Positions 12,106-23,055 of a DNA stretch of 64,000 nucleotides are shown one piece after another. Under the pieces are notes generated by a model. The model was given only the letters and a program-made list of their open reading frames with translations, was not told where the DNA came from and ran no database searches. The first letter of the stretch is position 1; the number at the start of each line of letters is the position of its first letter. The stretch comes from Balanoglossus misakiensis. Lineage: Eukaryota; Animalia; Hemichordata. Both the position numbers and the translations under genes were made by a program. Location of the stretch: NCBI GenBank assembly GCA_040954595.2, contig CM082587.2, positions 11,475,403 through 11,539,402 of the forward strand. Reading direction: 5' to 3'.

Positions 12106-13927
12106 AACGCGAACTGGCAAGACTAACATACCAGACCTATTATAAAACTATATCATTTGAGTGCTGCACTGAACGAACGTACGATATTTCGGTACATTGG
12201 CCTATAATTATGAATATGTGTGAGTTGTTGTAACCACGAACTTAATCAATTTCTGATAACTTTAAGTCTCGCCCGACATCACGGCCTTGAATGGCGTTAC
12301 GGTGTACAAGTCTGTGTGCTGGTCACCGGGTGACGACCTTATCGGTAGGAAGTTGTTCGAGAAAAAACTGCAAAATGAATATCATATATGGAGTAGGCCT
12401 ACAACTTGGGAAAGCAAAAGGTTGTCAACTAAGATGTCAGTCAACAAGGTTTTAAAATTTGTTTCTGTTGAGCGCTATAACAGAGTTCACAAATGTAGGC
12501 AATAATGATCTCCACAAGTTCTTCAGTCAACACGCTACTCTCATGGAATAAAACCACAGAAAAATACTAGTAGTCAAATTGTCTGTGATAAAACGAACAA
12601 GGCAATAACTGAAAACAGGTGTAAATGTTGTTCGTTTTTCTCACTCCGATTATCGAGCTATTAGTGCTTTTAACCATTCTACTCGGGAGGAAATACCACC
12701 GTGAGATATAACTTCCACAGTATTTGTCCACAGTGATTATTTATGTTTTAACTCGGTCGAATGTGACGATGAAGTCTTAGTTGAACTTAAATTTCTGTGC
12801 CAGTAGGTATACTTTTAGCATAAGTATTGCATCCGATGGGTCATCATTCTAAATGAGACTGCTTATAAAATGAAACGGTCTTATAAGTTTATTTTCCCTT
12901 CTACCGACTCATCCTACATGTCAACCCGATCATAGAGAAATATTAGTTGAGTGGCGCAGATTGCCTTGCGCAAAATGAGCGTACCGATGAACCCCGCCCA
13001 GACCGATTCACATAGAGCATCTTAGCATCACGTAGACATGAAGGAAAACCCTTATCAGTAAAACAAAATGAACCCAAAGAATACAACACATAATAAAAAT
13101 CTCACAAAAAGGGTCAAATAATCGCGGTTTTATCACGTGAGCCCAAAAACATTTCAAGATTAGGCACAAATGCAAACGTATACACGAAGAAAACGGCATT
13201 TCAAACGAGATTAAAAGCAGAAGCGAACGTAATACAGTACGAAGTATGTACATGTGTAGGCATCGGGGGCACCCCAAATAAGATAATAAATAAACGACAA
13301 ACACTATTGGATATGTTAGGTTTTTATTGGTACAACCTTGAAAAAAATAATTGTCGCAATATGATTGACAGGATCACAGTCACTCCAGGATGAACGACAA
13401 AATGATGCAACACCATTAACATTTTTATCAGCAAACATTTTATTTTAGTCCCGGTGTTGTGCCGAATTCGGCACCATGCCGAATACGTCCCCGCGCATGC
13501 CTTGACAAACAAACCATGGCTTCTAAGGGATAAGATCGGCAGGTAAACCTGCCGATTTCAGCCCCGTTGCCGATTAAGACCCCAACTAAAGTCATGTTAA
13601 CTATTGAAAGCTAAAAGTGATGGTTTCGGCCTAAATGGGTGAATATCTGCCCATGGCCCTGATTTGTTGGTGGAATGAAATTAAATCCTTGCGGTAATGC
13701 AATGTCCAAGTTTACAGTGCAGTACAATGTACATTCATGCACAGCCTTACATGCACGTTGGATGGCAAAACTTTCACACAAGAAAATGCAATATTTCAGA
13801 CACATGTTACTGATGACCCGAGCTTTTACTCTTACATAAGTTTGCGTGCATGAACCATGTTTTGGTTTGCAGTGGAAATTCTAGTCGAAACTACTGCCAA
13901 CTTAGGGGAGGCATCGGCCGCGCGGTA

Positions 13928-14058
13928 AGGGCCTGGTCAGAATTAACAAGGGGGGAGGGCCGGTGCGATTGGGGGGAGGGTCACCATTTCTCATGCAACG
14001 GTTTGGGGGAGGGCCGCTACGTTTTGGGCACTTGTCAAGGGGAGGGTCATTAATTTTT
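13928..14058. repeat. G-rich end of a probable non-autonomous repeat (4 x GGGGAGGG)
   Basis: Four spaced ggggaggg motifs after aagggcctggtcagaatt; no partner end found. Confidence 0.35.
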
Positions 14059-14231
14059 GTGCAAGGATGACACCGATAATGTCAAAAATTTGAAGTGTTA
14101 CAGAGAAATCCTGAAAAGAGACTTGCGCTCATATAGGCACTCCTGTATGGATGTATTGACATCCCTTGTACTACAAAATACATCACACAACTCACAAAAC
14201 ATACACATGTACCAGTATGTGATCTTAAACC

Positions 14232-14261
14232 CCCTAACCCTAACCCTAACCCTAATTAGGG
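14232..14261. repeat. short telomere-type tract (CCCTAA)4 followed by TTAGGG
   Basis: Read directly: ccctaaccctaaccctaaccctaattaggg. Confidence 0.85.
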
Positions 14262-16364
14262 TCCAACGGGCATTAGGGGACCTGAGATTTCGGGCTCTAA
14301 CCCTACTGCCTTGCCAATGTTTTTTTTACCCCTCCTTTTGATACAATGTAGGTAAACATGTAAACAACAACAACAAAAAATATCAACAAAAACAAGTCAA
14401 CCCTTCCATGTTTTTTAAGGTCGAGTCCCCCAATGCCCAACTTATGTCTTGTTTGGCCAAAAAAAGAGGGTTAGAAAAAATTGTTTGGATTTATTTTGTT
14501 ATCTTTTAGGTTGTTGTTATTGATTTTGGTCCCCTGTCTAACCCCAGCCTTTAAAAAAAAACATTTTTAGAAAGGCCAAAAAAATGCCTTGGTGGGTATA
14601 TGCAAGTTGCTCCAGACGGCAAGTCCAAATTGTGCATGGACGGATTTCTTGGTAGGTACTTTTAAATTTTACATAAACCATAACAAACTATATATTTTCA
14701 GAAAGGTCTCGGCGAGTTTTATAACATACTAAAATTTGACCAACTTTGAACTTGACCTTGAAAAGTTATTGCGGAAAAACCTATTGAAAAAAACATACTT
14801 TTTAGGGTACGCGGTGTCACCCCCTTAATATAGTTGGAAACCACTGAAAATTACAGGATAGATTGATAATAAGTTGTTTTAATGTGGTGTGGTGAAAAAA
14901 TTTTGAAATTCGAAGGTCAAGGTCAACTTCGCCATTGCTTATAGTTGTTGGTTTACCTATGTCGGATTTCATTATCCTTTGACCTTTGACCTCGAAATTT
15001 GGTACACAAGTAGAGTGTCTATCTATAAACTCTTGACAAAAGTTACATTTAAATATTTTAACATAAAAGCACTTTTTTGACCAAAAAGCAAACTTCTGTA
15101 AATTAGCTGTAAATTAGCTTTTTTTTAATATACACTTTGCTTTTTTAAGATTATTTTTTTATTTTAAGCATTTCAAAGATGAAACTTTCCAGAAACCATC
15201 ATGAGATGTTCTAGAATATAAAAAAGTTTACACTTTTGAGATTGGACGCCATTAAGTATTCCAAATGTTGTTGCAAAATAGACTGAAATAATGCCCATAG
15301 ACTTAACATGTATAAAAACAAAAGAATAATTTTTTTGGACACTTGGAAATTTTTTTTTAATGTATTTGTTTTGTCTTTTATATATGATATAGAGTAGTAA
15401 TTGCTCTATTCAAAACACTATTTGGTTTAAAGATCTGATTTCATTTAGTCTTTTATTTTAATTTATTCTATTGTAATTATGCATGTTCAAGTATAGGGAA
15501 AATATTCAGTTTTGAGGTTAAGTTTGCATTACTTTTAACACACTTAAAATCGACGGTCCCAGACCTCGGACCACAGGTGCTCGTGGACTTGTGCTGTCAC
15601 AGGGGAGATATTCAGAATACTAGCAACAAATGCCAAACTAGCAACACCGGCTTTCTTTGAGGGGGCAACCGGCTTTCTTTGAGGGGGCCTACACGTTATC
15701 TCTAAAATTGAACGTATATGTACAAGAGAGGTTTAATAGCGATGCCAAGAAGAAGAAAAATACCAAGACAAGAGCATGACAACAGAAGTTTCAATAGTTT
15801 ATTTGGCACATAAAAGGCGAAAATTGCGTGCACACTGTACAGACATCGCATATAAAATAACAACACATTTTGATGAGTTTTACCGTGTGTTTTCGGAACG
15901 CGAATGCATATAGCAAGGAGAAGACACGGAACGTGCACACGTACATACGCATGGCCTTTGTTTCTAGCTCGTGTTCATGAAGCTGCAGCCTGTCATATGG
16001 GTGATGGCACATACATGCTCTGCAGACATCACGTTTTTTGCAGTGCATTCATCCTGTGAACATGTCATAGTCCTGCCCGGAAAATCGTTTGCGTGGATTT
16101 TGATTTGCAAACGCGTCGCACGTCAACAGTGCGATCTTGTATCAATGAATGACCTTGACGTCATAACACGGGTTTTCCGGAACAAGCATAGACGGGATAA
16201 CTCACTTCCCGCTCGAATTAGAACGCAAAGATGTGCATATGGCGTGAGTGCAGCGACAGTCTCCAGCGAAATTGTTGCGCGATGGGATGTGATCCGACAC
16301 GCAGGGAACGGACCTTGCTCTGTTGGTCATTGGGTTTACCACTTACGAATGCAACATCAGGACA

Positions 16365-16578
16365 GTAGAAAATGTCGATTGTGGGTGGTTGATCGCCCGA
16401 TCATTTATTATTTTCAACGCCCGAATGTCGTCGGACATCGTCAAAAACACGATCGACCTCCTCGAAATGCAACATGAAAGTAGAAAATGTCGATCGTGGG
16501 TGGTTGATCGCCCGATCATTCGCCCGAATGTCGTCGGACGTTGTCAAAAACACGATCGAACTCCTCGAAATTCAAATG
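16365..16578. repeat. ~115-bp tandem duplication subterminal to the right TIR
   Basis: agtagaaaatgtcgat.gtgggtggttgatcgcccgatcatt...cgcccgaatgtcgtcggac..tcaaaaacacgatcga.ctcctcgaaat occurs twice. Confidence 0.9.
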
Positions 16579-16623
16579 TAATCAAAGCCAAGGGTCCTCC
16601 CACATCTTGTGCAGTGTGCGTAT

Positions 16624-16732
16624 TCCCGCAGAGTCGAATATATTGCATTGTGCGTGAATTCCCGCAGAGTGCCATTTATTGCACTGTGCGTGTCCCGCAC
16701 TTTGGCCCCTCACTCTTGTCTTTTCGACACCC
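16624..16732 (-). repeat. right terminal inverted repeat (109 bp)
   Basis: Exact reverse complement of 220-328. One extra CGCACACTGCAC module lies just inside it (~16609-16620). Confidence 0.95.
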
Positions 16733-17118
16733 TTAAATACCTGCACTGGTTAACATTCAATGTATTGCGGCAGCAGACCAATGATTTTCTTGCACGAAGG
16801 GAGTATGGTACCAGCAATAATCAGAGATCAGGCTTCTTTGCCGTTCAACAGTTCCTACTTCAGTCGTGACGTTGCAACTGAACGTTCAGTATGGGGGTTG
16901 GCCCGCAGGTGGCCGTGGGGGTTATCAGATCGCCCGTAATGGCACGCAGCTTCATGCAGCTGTATGGGACCAAAATAATACGCCCGATTCGGGGGTCACC
17001 TGTGACACCTGCGTAACTCAATTATGTGCATGCGTAATTGTGGGGTCAATGAAAGGGATGCTAGTGTGGTATTTGTTGCAAATGGATCAATATGAAGTCC
17101 GATTTTCCTGTCAAGTTA

Positions 17119-17628
17119 GGCTGCATTCACAAACACCTCAGGAGGGGGGGGGGGGCAGGAGAATTGAGGCGGGGATTTGAAATAATTTTGGGACTGAAAG
17201 GGCGGGGACTTGAAAACTTTGACGACTAAATATTTATTTTGAGTCCACAAAAATGCAGTTTCGCGCCCTTTATTTTACAAAATTTTCTAATTAAATGCAG
17301 CTTTGAGCTCTGTATTTTATAAAATTGTCTTACGTGCACCCCCTCCCAAACCCACCCCCTTCAATTCTCGGTTTACAATGTCTCCCAACACAGGATACAA
17401 ATACTTAAAAAATGGGAGCGCTGTTTTTCTTTTTTTACAAGATAGATACTAGGTGATGTGTTTTGCTCTGTGAAAGAAAATGGGGAGGGGGGATTTCAAA
17501 ATTTTGGCAGTTCGGAAGGGGGGGATTTGAAATTTTTCTGGTTGTGTACGGGGGGCATGTGAAAATTAGCGGTAAAACAAATTGAATTCTCCCCCCCCCC
17601 CCCTCAATAGGTGTTTGTGAATGCAGCC
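17119..17628. mobile_element. PIF/Harbinger-type MITE (510 bp), TTA TSD
   Basis: TIR GGCTGCATTCACAAACACCT...AGGTGTTTGTGAATGCAGCC with internal poly-G/poly-C. TTA at 17116-17118 and 17629-17631. Confidence 0.88.
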
Positions 17629-17813
17629 TTATGGGCGATCTTATGTGACATTTCACCTACTTTTGCTTAGTGAGCATCCACAGCAGATGCATGCAGCTTT
17701 GGCGTGGGGGGGGGGGGGGCATATACGGATGGGACCATAAAGATATACCAAAGGCGGGGTCACCTGTTGCACCTGCCTAAGTCATTGATTTTGTACATTT
17801 AATTGGACACTAA

Positions 17814-18621
17814 GGCTGCATTCACAAACACCTCTGGAGGGGGGGGGCAGGAGAATTCAATTTTTTTTACCGTTAATTTTCACATGCCCCCCTCAACAAC
17901 CCGAAATATTTTCAAATCCCCCCCTTCCGAACTGCTAAAATTTTCAAATCCCCCCCCCCCAATTTTCTTTCACACAGCAAAACACATCACCTATCTATCT
18001 TGTAAAAAAGAAAAACAGCGCTCTCATGAAAAGAATTTGAAACTGATGTTTCCCCTTATCAGTGGGTATTAAAACTGAACATAATTGTTTCTATTTTTTT
18101 TAACTTAGTATTCTGTGTTGGGAGACATTGTAAATCGAGAAGTGAAGGGGGTGGGTTTGGGAGGGGGTGTCCCCCTCCCACGTACGAAAATTTTATAAAA
18201 TACAGAGTTCACAACTGCATTTTAATGAACCCGGCAAAAGCAAATTAACTCAACTACCGGTATGTTGGGGAGGACAAATTTAACCGTCGCTGCTCAAAGT
18301 TATCATGGGGTGGGGGCAAGTCCCCTGACCTGGGACACTAGATAAAACAGTCAATGATTTAAAGGTGCTGATGAATGACGGGGGTGGGTGTGGGAGGGGG
18401 TGTTCCCCTCCCACATTAGAAAATGTTGTATTATGAAGGGTTCAAAACTGCATTTTTGTGGACTCAAAATAAATATTTAGTCCTCAAAGTTTTCAAGCCC
18501 CCCCCCTTTACAGTCCCAAAATTATTTCAAATCCCCCCCTTACATACCCTAAATTTTTTCAAATCCCCCCCCTCAATTCTCCTGCCCCCCCCCCCCTCCA
18601 GAGGTGTTTGTGAATGCAGCC
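17814..18621. mobile_element. PIF/Harbinger-type MITE (808 bp), TAA TSD; same family as 17119-17628 in opposite orientation
   Basis: Same TIRs. TAA at 17811-17813 and 18622-18624. The interior is reverse-complementary to the first copy with ~300 bp extra. Confidence 0.88.
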
Positions 18622-19377
18622 TAACCAACAGGGCAATAGGTGTGGTTTTTGTTCCACAGGGACGAATGTAAGTGTCAGTTTGTTTTTGCCCAAATGTATA
18701 AGTTGATTTGGATGACCTCTGTCGTACAGTGCCATATCTCAGCCCGTTGTACAAGTGCAGCTTTGGTATTCCGAGCGAAACTATCATGAAATGCCAAATA
18801 CAGGCGGATACCTGCGACACCTGCTTGATTCATGTATTACGTGCATACCTAATGGTAGGCTAAGTGAAAGGGCTGCAAATGTAGGATTTCTTGCACATGA
18901 CATAAACAGGAATGAACATTTTTGTCAAATTTTTGGGTGACATCAGGTGTCCATTGACCTGCTTTCCATATGTTAGCATGCACATCATGTATAGCCAGGT
19001 GTTTGGAGGGGTAGGGTAGGACCCTCTGCGTCATGAAATGCTAAATTTTAGGGGCTACCTGTAACTTACTTGCGTAACTCATTATTATGGCCATATCTAA
19101 TTTGACAAACCCAAACAGCGAGGATTTTCCGTTGTCTTGAATATGAACCAAATAAGAATCCTAATTTTTGGCCCAATTTTTGGATACCCTCAGCTGACCT
19201 TTGAAGTAACTGAAGTACTTACAACGTAGAAGTTCACCTTTGGTAGTTGTGTTTGTACTTGTAAGACATCCATTTCGGGTGGTTGCCTACTTCCCCATAT
19301 CTCCACATCCAGAGCAAATACAGCCTACGCATTTGAATGGTACAACCCTGAATGGAGTCTAATGGTTATTAACTCTA

Positions 19378-19412
19378 TGCTTGGGCCCCTTCAACGCTGC
19401 TTGCAGCTTTAA
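19378..19412 (+). mobile_element. Helentron/DINE-like 3' terminus abutting the satellite array
   Basis: tgcttgggccccttcaacGCTGCttGCAGCtttaa: a short terminal hairpin running into a T tract of the satellite unit. No matching 5' end found. Confidence 0.35.
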
Positions 19413-22189
19413 TTTTTCTTGAATTCCGTCAATATCTCTGCATTTTTGGAGTGGTCGAAAGTTTTAACATACAATCAACATATCATATATGATCAGGGCA
19501 CCAAATTCGAAGAACGAAGGTTTTTTTATTTTATTTTTCTAAAAATGACATTTTCAAGGAAAATTTGGTAAAACGCAATTTTGTCTGCAGTGAGCCAAAT
19601 TAGACGGTCTTTTGTGGAATTTGTATCGATATATATATACGAAGAGCATTCTATACTCCATCAGATTTCCGAAAATGTAGAAAACAGGTATTTTTTGTAA
19701 TTTTCAAAAATTTACCATTTTGACCAAATTGTGGTTAAAATTGTTATTTTCGTGTTGAATGCCGCCAGTGTCACTGCTTTTAAAAGTCATAAAAACTTTT
19801 AACATGCAAGCAATTGCTTATATATGATCAGGTCACCGAATTAAAAAAATAAAGAATGTTTTGCCTAAAAATGACCTTTTTGGTGCAAAAACGAATAAAA
19901 CGCAATTTTGTATTAAATCAGCTCATTCAGAGTGCATTTTTTATAATCAGCACCATTTTTACATATATTGGAAATTTCATACATCATCAGATATCCAAAT
20001 ATGAAAAGATGATTTACATTTTAGATGATTGTCCAAAATTAGCTGATATCTGATAAATGTAGTATTTAACCGTTCTGTTCCCCCCCCCCTACATTATATG
20101 CGGTACGCTGATGTCAGCTTACCCGGCAGTACTGCAGGCCGTGCCCCCAACTAACGTCGGTGTTTGAAACGCCCTGGTTAAATTCGGGCTTTCTTTATAT
20201 AAATTGACAGGCAATAAAGCAGTCCTACCGGAACAAATGTCGAGTGTTGACCCGCTGTGACTTTCCCTGTTCGGTTTGCCCGACTTAGCCAACGTCTTTG
20301 TACTAGAGTGTCGGGTCTTTTGCAGAGCCAGGCCGAAGGAAATCCGACTTGATCACCGTTGCTAACGAACGCTAGTGTCTGTCATGGTGTGCCGGGGTTT
20401 TAGTCGAGCCAGGCCGTAGGAGATCTGACTTGATCATCGTGGTCAATGTACGCGTGTTTCCGCTCTAAAGTGCCGGGGCTTCAGCTAAACCAGGCCGTAG
20501 GAAATCCGACGTAATCACCGTTGATAACTTACGCCAGTGTGTGTCATATAGAGCCGGTGCACCAGCCGAGTCACGCCGTAGGAAATCTGACTTGATCAAC
20601 GTGGTCAATGTACGCCTGTTTCTGCTCTAGAGTGCCGGGGCTTCAGCTGAGCCATGCCGTAGGAAATCTGACTTGATCAACGTTGCTAACGAACGCTAGT
20701 GTCTGTCATAGTGTGCCGGGGTTTTAGTCGAGCCAAGCCGTAGGAGATCAGACTTGATCAACGTGGTCTCTGTACGCGTGTTTCTGCTCTAGAGTGCCGG
20801 GGCTTTATCCAACCCATGCCGTTGAAAATCTGACTTGATCACCGTTGCTAACGTACGCTAGTGTCTGTCATATTGTGACGAGATTTATCCGTGCCAGGCC
20901 GTAGAAAAATCGACTTGTTCAACGTTATCAGTGTGCAACTGTTTCTGCTCTAGAGTGTCAGGGTTTTAGCCGACTTATGCTGTAGGAAATCTGAGTTGAT
21001 AAACGGGAATTCAATGTTAGAAAACCCGTGTGGAAAGTATCTCTACCCGTTTGAAACTAAGAAAAGAATTTATTCTTATTTATTTTGTAAAAAAGACAAT
21101 TTTTCGAAAACAAGTCGAAAATGGTAATTTTGTCTTGGGTGATTCAAATTATACCACATTTTCTGGAATTTGCAGCACTTTTTACAAGAGAACGACACTT
21201 CATGCTCCATAATATTTCCGAAAATGAAGAAAAGAGTTTATTTTTTATGATTTTTTAAAAATGTACCATTTTGTCAAAATATGGCCAAAATGGCTATTTT
21301 TTCTTGAATTCCGTCAATATCTCTGCATTTTTGGAGTGGTCGAAAGTTTTAACATACAATCAACATATCATATATGATCAGGGCACCAAATTCGAAGAAC
21401 GAAGGTTTTTTTATTTTATTTTTCTAAAAATGACATTTTCAAGGAAAATTTGGTAAAACGCAATTTTGTCTGCAGTGAGCCAAATTAGACGGTCTTTTGT
21501 GGAATTTGTATCGATATATATATACGAAGAGCATTCTATACTCCATCAGATTTCCGAAAATGTAGAAAACAGGTATTTTTTGTAATTTTCAAAAATTTAC
21601 CATTTTGACCAAATTGTGGTTAAAATTGTTATTTTCGTGTTGAATGCCGCCAGTGTCACTGCTTTTAAAAGTCATAAAAACTTTTAACATGCAAGCAATT
21701 GCTTATATATGATCAGGTCACCGAATTAAAAAAATAAAGAATGTTTTGCCTAAAAATGACCTTTTTGGTGCAAAAACGAATAAAACGCAATTTTGTATTA
21801 AATCAGCTCATTCAGAGTGCATTTTTTATAATCAGCACCATTTTTACATATATTGGAAATTTCATACATCATCAGATATCCAAATATGAAAAGATGATTT
21901 ACATTTTAGATGATTGTCCAAAATTAGCTGATATCTGATAAATGTAGTATTTAACCGTTCTGTTCCCCCCCCCCCCCCTACATTATATGCGGTACGCTGA
22001 TGTCAGCTTACCCGGCAGTACTGCAGGCCGTGCCCCCAACTAACGTCGGTGTTTGAAACGCCCTGGTTAAATTCGGGCTTTCTCTATAAATTGACAGGCA
22101 ATAATGCAGTCCTACCGGAACAAATGTCGAGTGTTGACCCGCTGTGACTTTCCCTGTTCGGTTTGCCCGACTTAGCCAACGTCTTTGTA

Positions 22190-23055
22190 CTAGAGTGTCG
22201 GGTCTTTTGCAGAGCCAGGCCGAAGGAAATCCGACTTGATCACCGTTGCTAACGAACGCTAGTGTCTGTCATGGTGTGCCGGGGTTTTAGTCGAGCCAGG
22301 CCGTAGGAGATCTGACTTGATCATCGTGGTCAATGTACGCGTGTTTCCGCTCTAAAGTGCCGGGGTTTCAGCTAAACCAGGCCGTAGGAAATCCGACGTA
22401 ATCACCGTTGATAACTTACGCCAGTCTGTGTCATATAGAGCCGGTGCACCAGCCGAGTCACGCCGTAGGAAATCTGACTTGATCAACGTGGTCAATGTAC
22501 GCCTGTTTCTGCTCTAGAGTGCCGGGGCTTCAGCTGAGCCAGGCCGTAGGAAACCCGACGTGATTACCGTTGTTAACTTACGCCAGTCTGTGTCCTATAT
22601 ATAGTGCCGGGGCATCAGCCGTGCCAGGCCGAAGGAAATGTGAGTAGATCAACGTGGTCTCTGTACGCGTGTTTCTGCTCTAGAGTGTCAGGGCTTTAGC
22701 AAAGCCATGCCGTAGGAAATCTGACTTGATCAACGTTGCTAACGAACGCTAGTGTCTGCCATAGTGTGCCGGGGTTTTAGTCGAGCCAAGCCGTAGGAGA
22801 TCAGACTTGATCAACGTGGTCTCTGTACGCGTGTTTCTGCTCTAGAGTGCCGGGGCTTTATCCAACCCATGCCGTTGAAAATCTGACTTGATCACCGTTG
22901 CTAACGTACGATAGTGTCTGTCATATTGTGACGGAGATTTAGCCGAGCCAGGCCGTAGAAAAATCGACTTGTTCAACGTTACCAGTGTGCAACTGTTTCT
23001 GCTCTAAAGTCTCAGGGTTTTAGCCGACTTATGCTGTAGGAAATCTGAGTTGATG
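22190..23055 (+). repeat. representative block of 81-bp subrepeats within a macrosatellite unit
   Basis: ggccgtaggaaatctgacttgatcaacgt... has period 81 (e.g. 20331, 20412, 20493, 20574 in unit 1). Two subtypes alternate, giving a 162-bp dimer. Confidence 0.93.

Larger units (their letters stand above)
220..16732 (+). mobile_element. ~16.5 kb TIR DNA transposon, KDZ/Zisupton-type, carrying a transposase and an NRF1-domain gene
   Basis: 220-328 is the exact reverse complement of 16624-16732 (109 bp). TTAA flanks both ends (216-219, 16733-16736). The inverted match extends to 210/16742, and CACTGGT lies at 202-208 and 16744-16750, so the exact ends are ambiguous. Encloses an intact DDE transposase gene. 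Confidence 0.88.
16738..19090. repeat. old degenerate ~245-bp tandem repeat (4-5 units) interrupted by two MITEs
   Basis: Motif (c/t)acctg-n3-cacctgc at 16997, 17761, 18809 and, more degenerate, 19056. Spacings after removing the MITEs are 251, 237 and 247 bp. A possible further copy at 16738. Confidence 0.55.

Noticed and set aside
14232-14261. Telomere fusion site
   Set aside because: Only four repeats, and the polarity (CCCTAA)n-TTAGGG is opposite to an end-to-end fusion.
216-16736. piggyBac assignment because of TTAA flanks
   Set aside because: The ends are GGG..CCC rather than CCC..GGG, and the enclosed transposase has KDZ, not piggyBac, motifs.
12287-16869. A third cargo gene in the right part of the transposon (ORFs 13008, 15971, 16323 and others)
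   Set aside because: No recognisable motifs or consistent exon chain; some ORFs simply run through the subterminal duplication and TIR. A small spliced gene cannot be fully excluded.
20100-20260. Hammerhead, HDV-like or twister ribozyme in the satellite core (ctgatg...gaaac; taatgcag)
   Set aside because: The core is CTGATGT (often CCGATGT), not CTGANGA, and the required stems and pseudoknot spacing could not be built.
20300-21000. 81-bp repeats as a CRISPR array or a 27-aa repeat protein (e.g. ORF 55033-55269)
   Set aside because: No unique spacers and no cas genes in a eukaryotic context. The frames examined hit recurring stops (ctcTAG, actTGA, ccgTAG).
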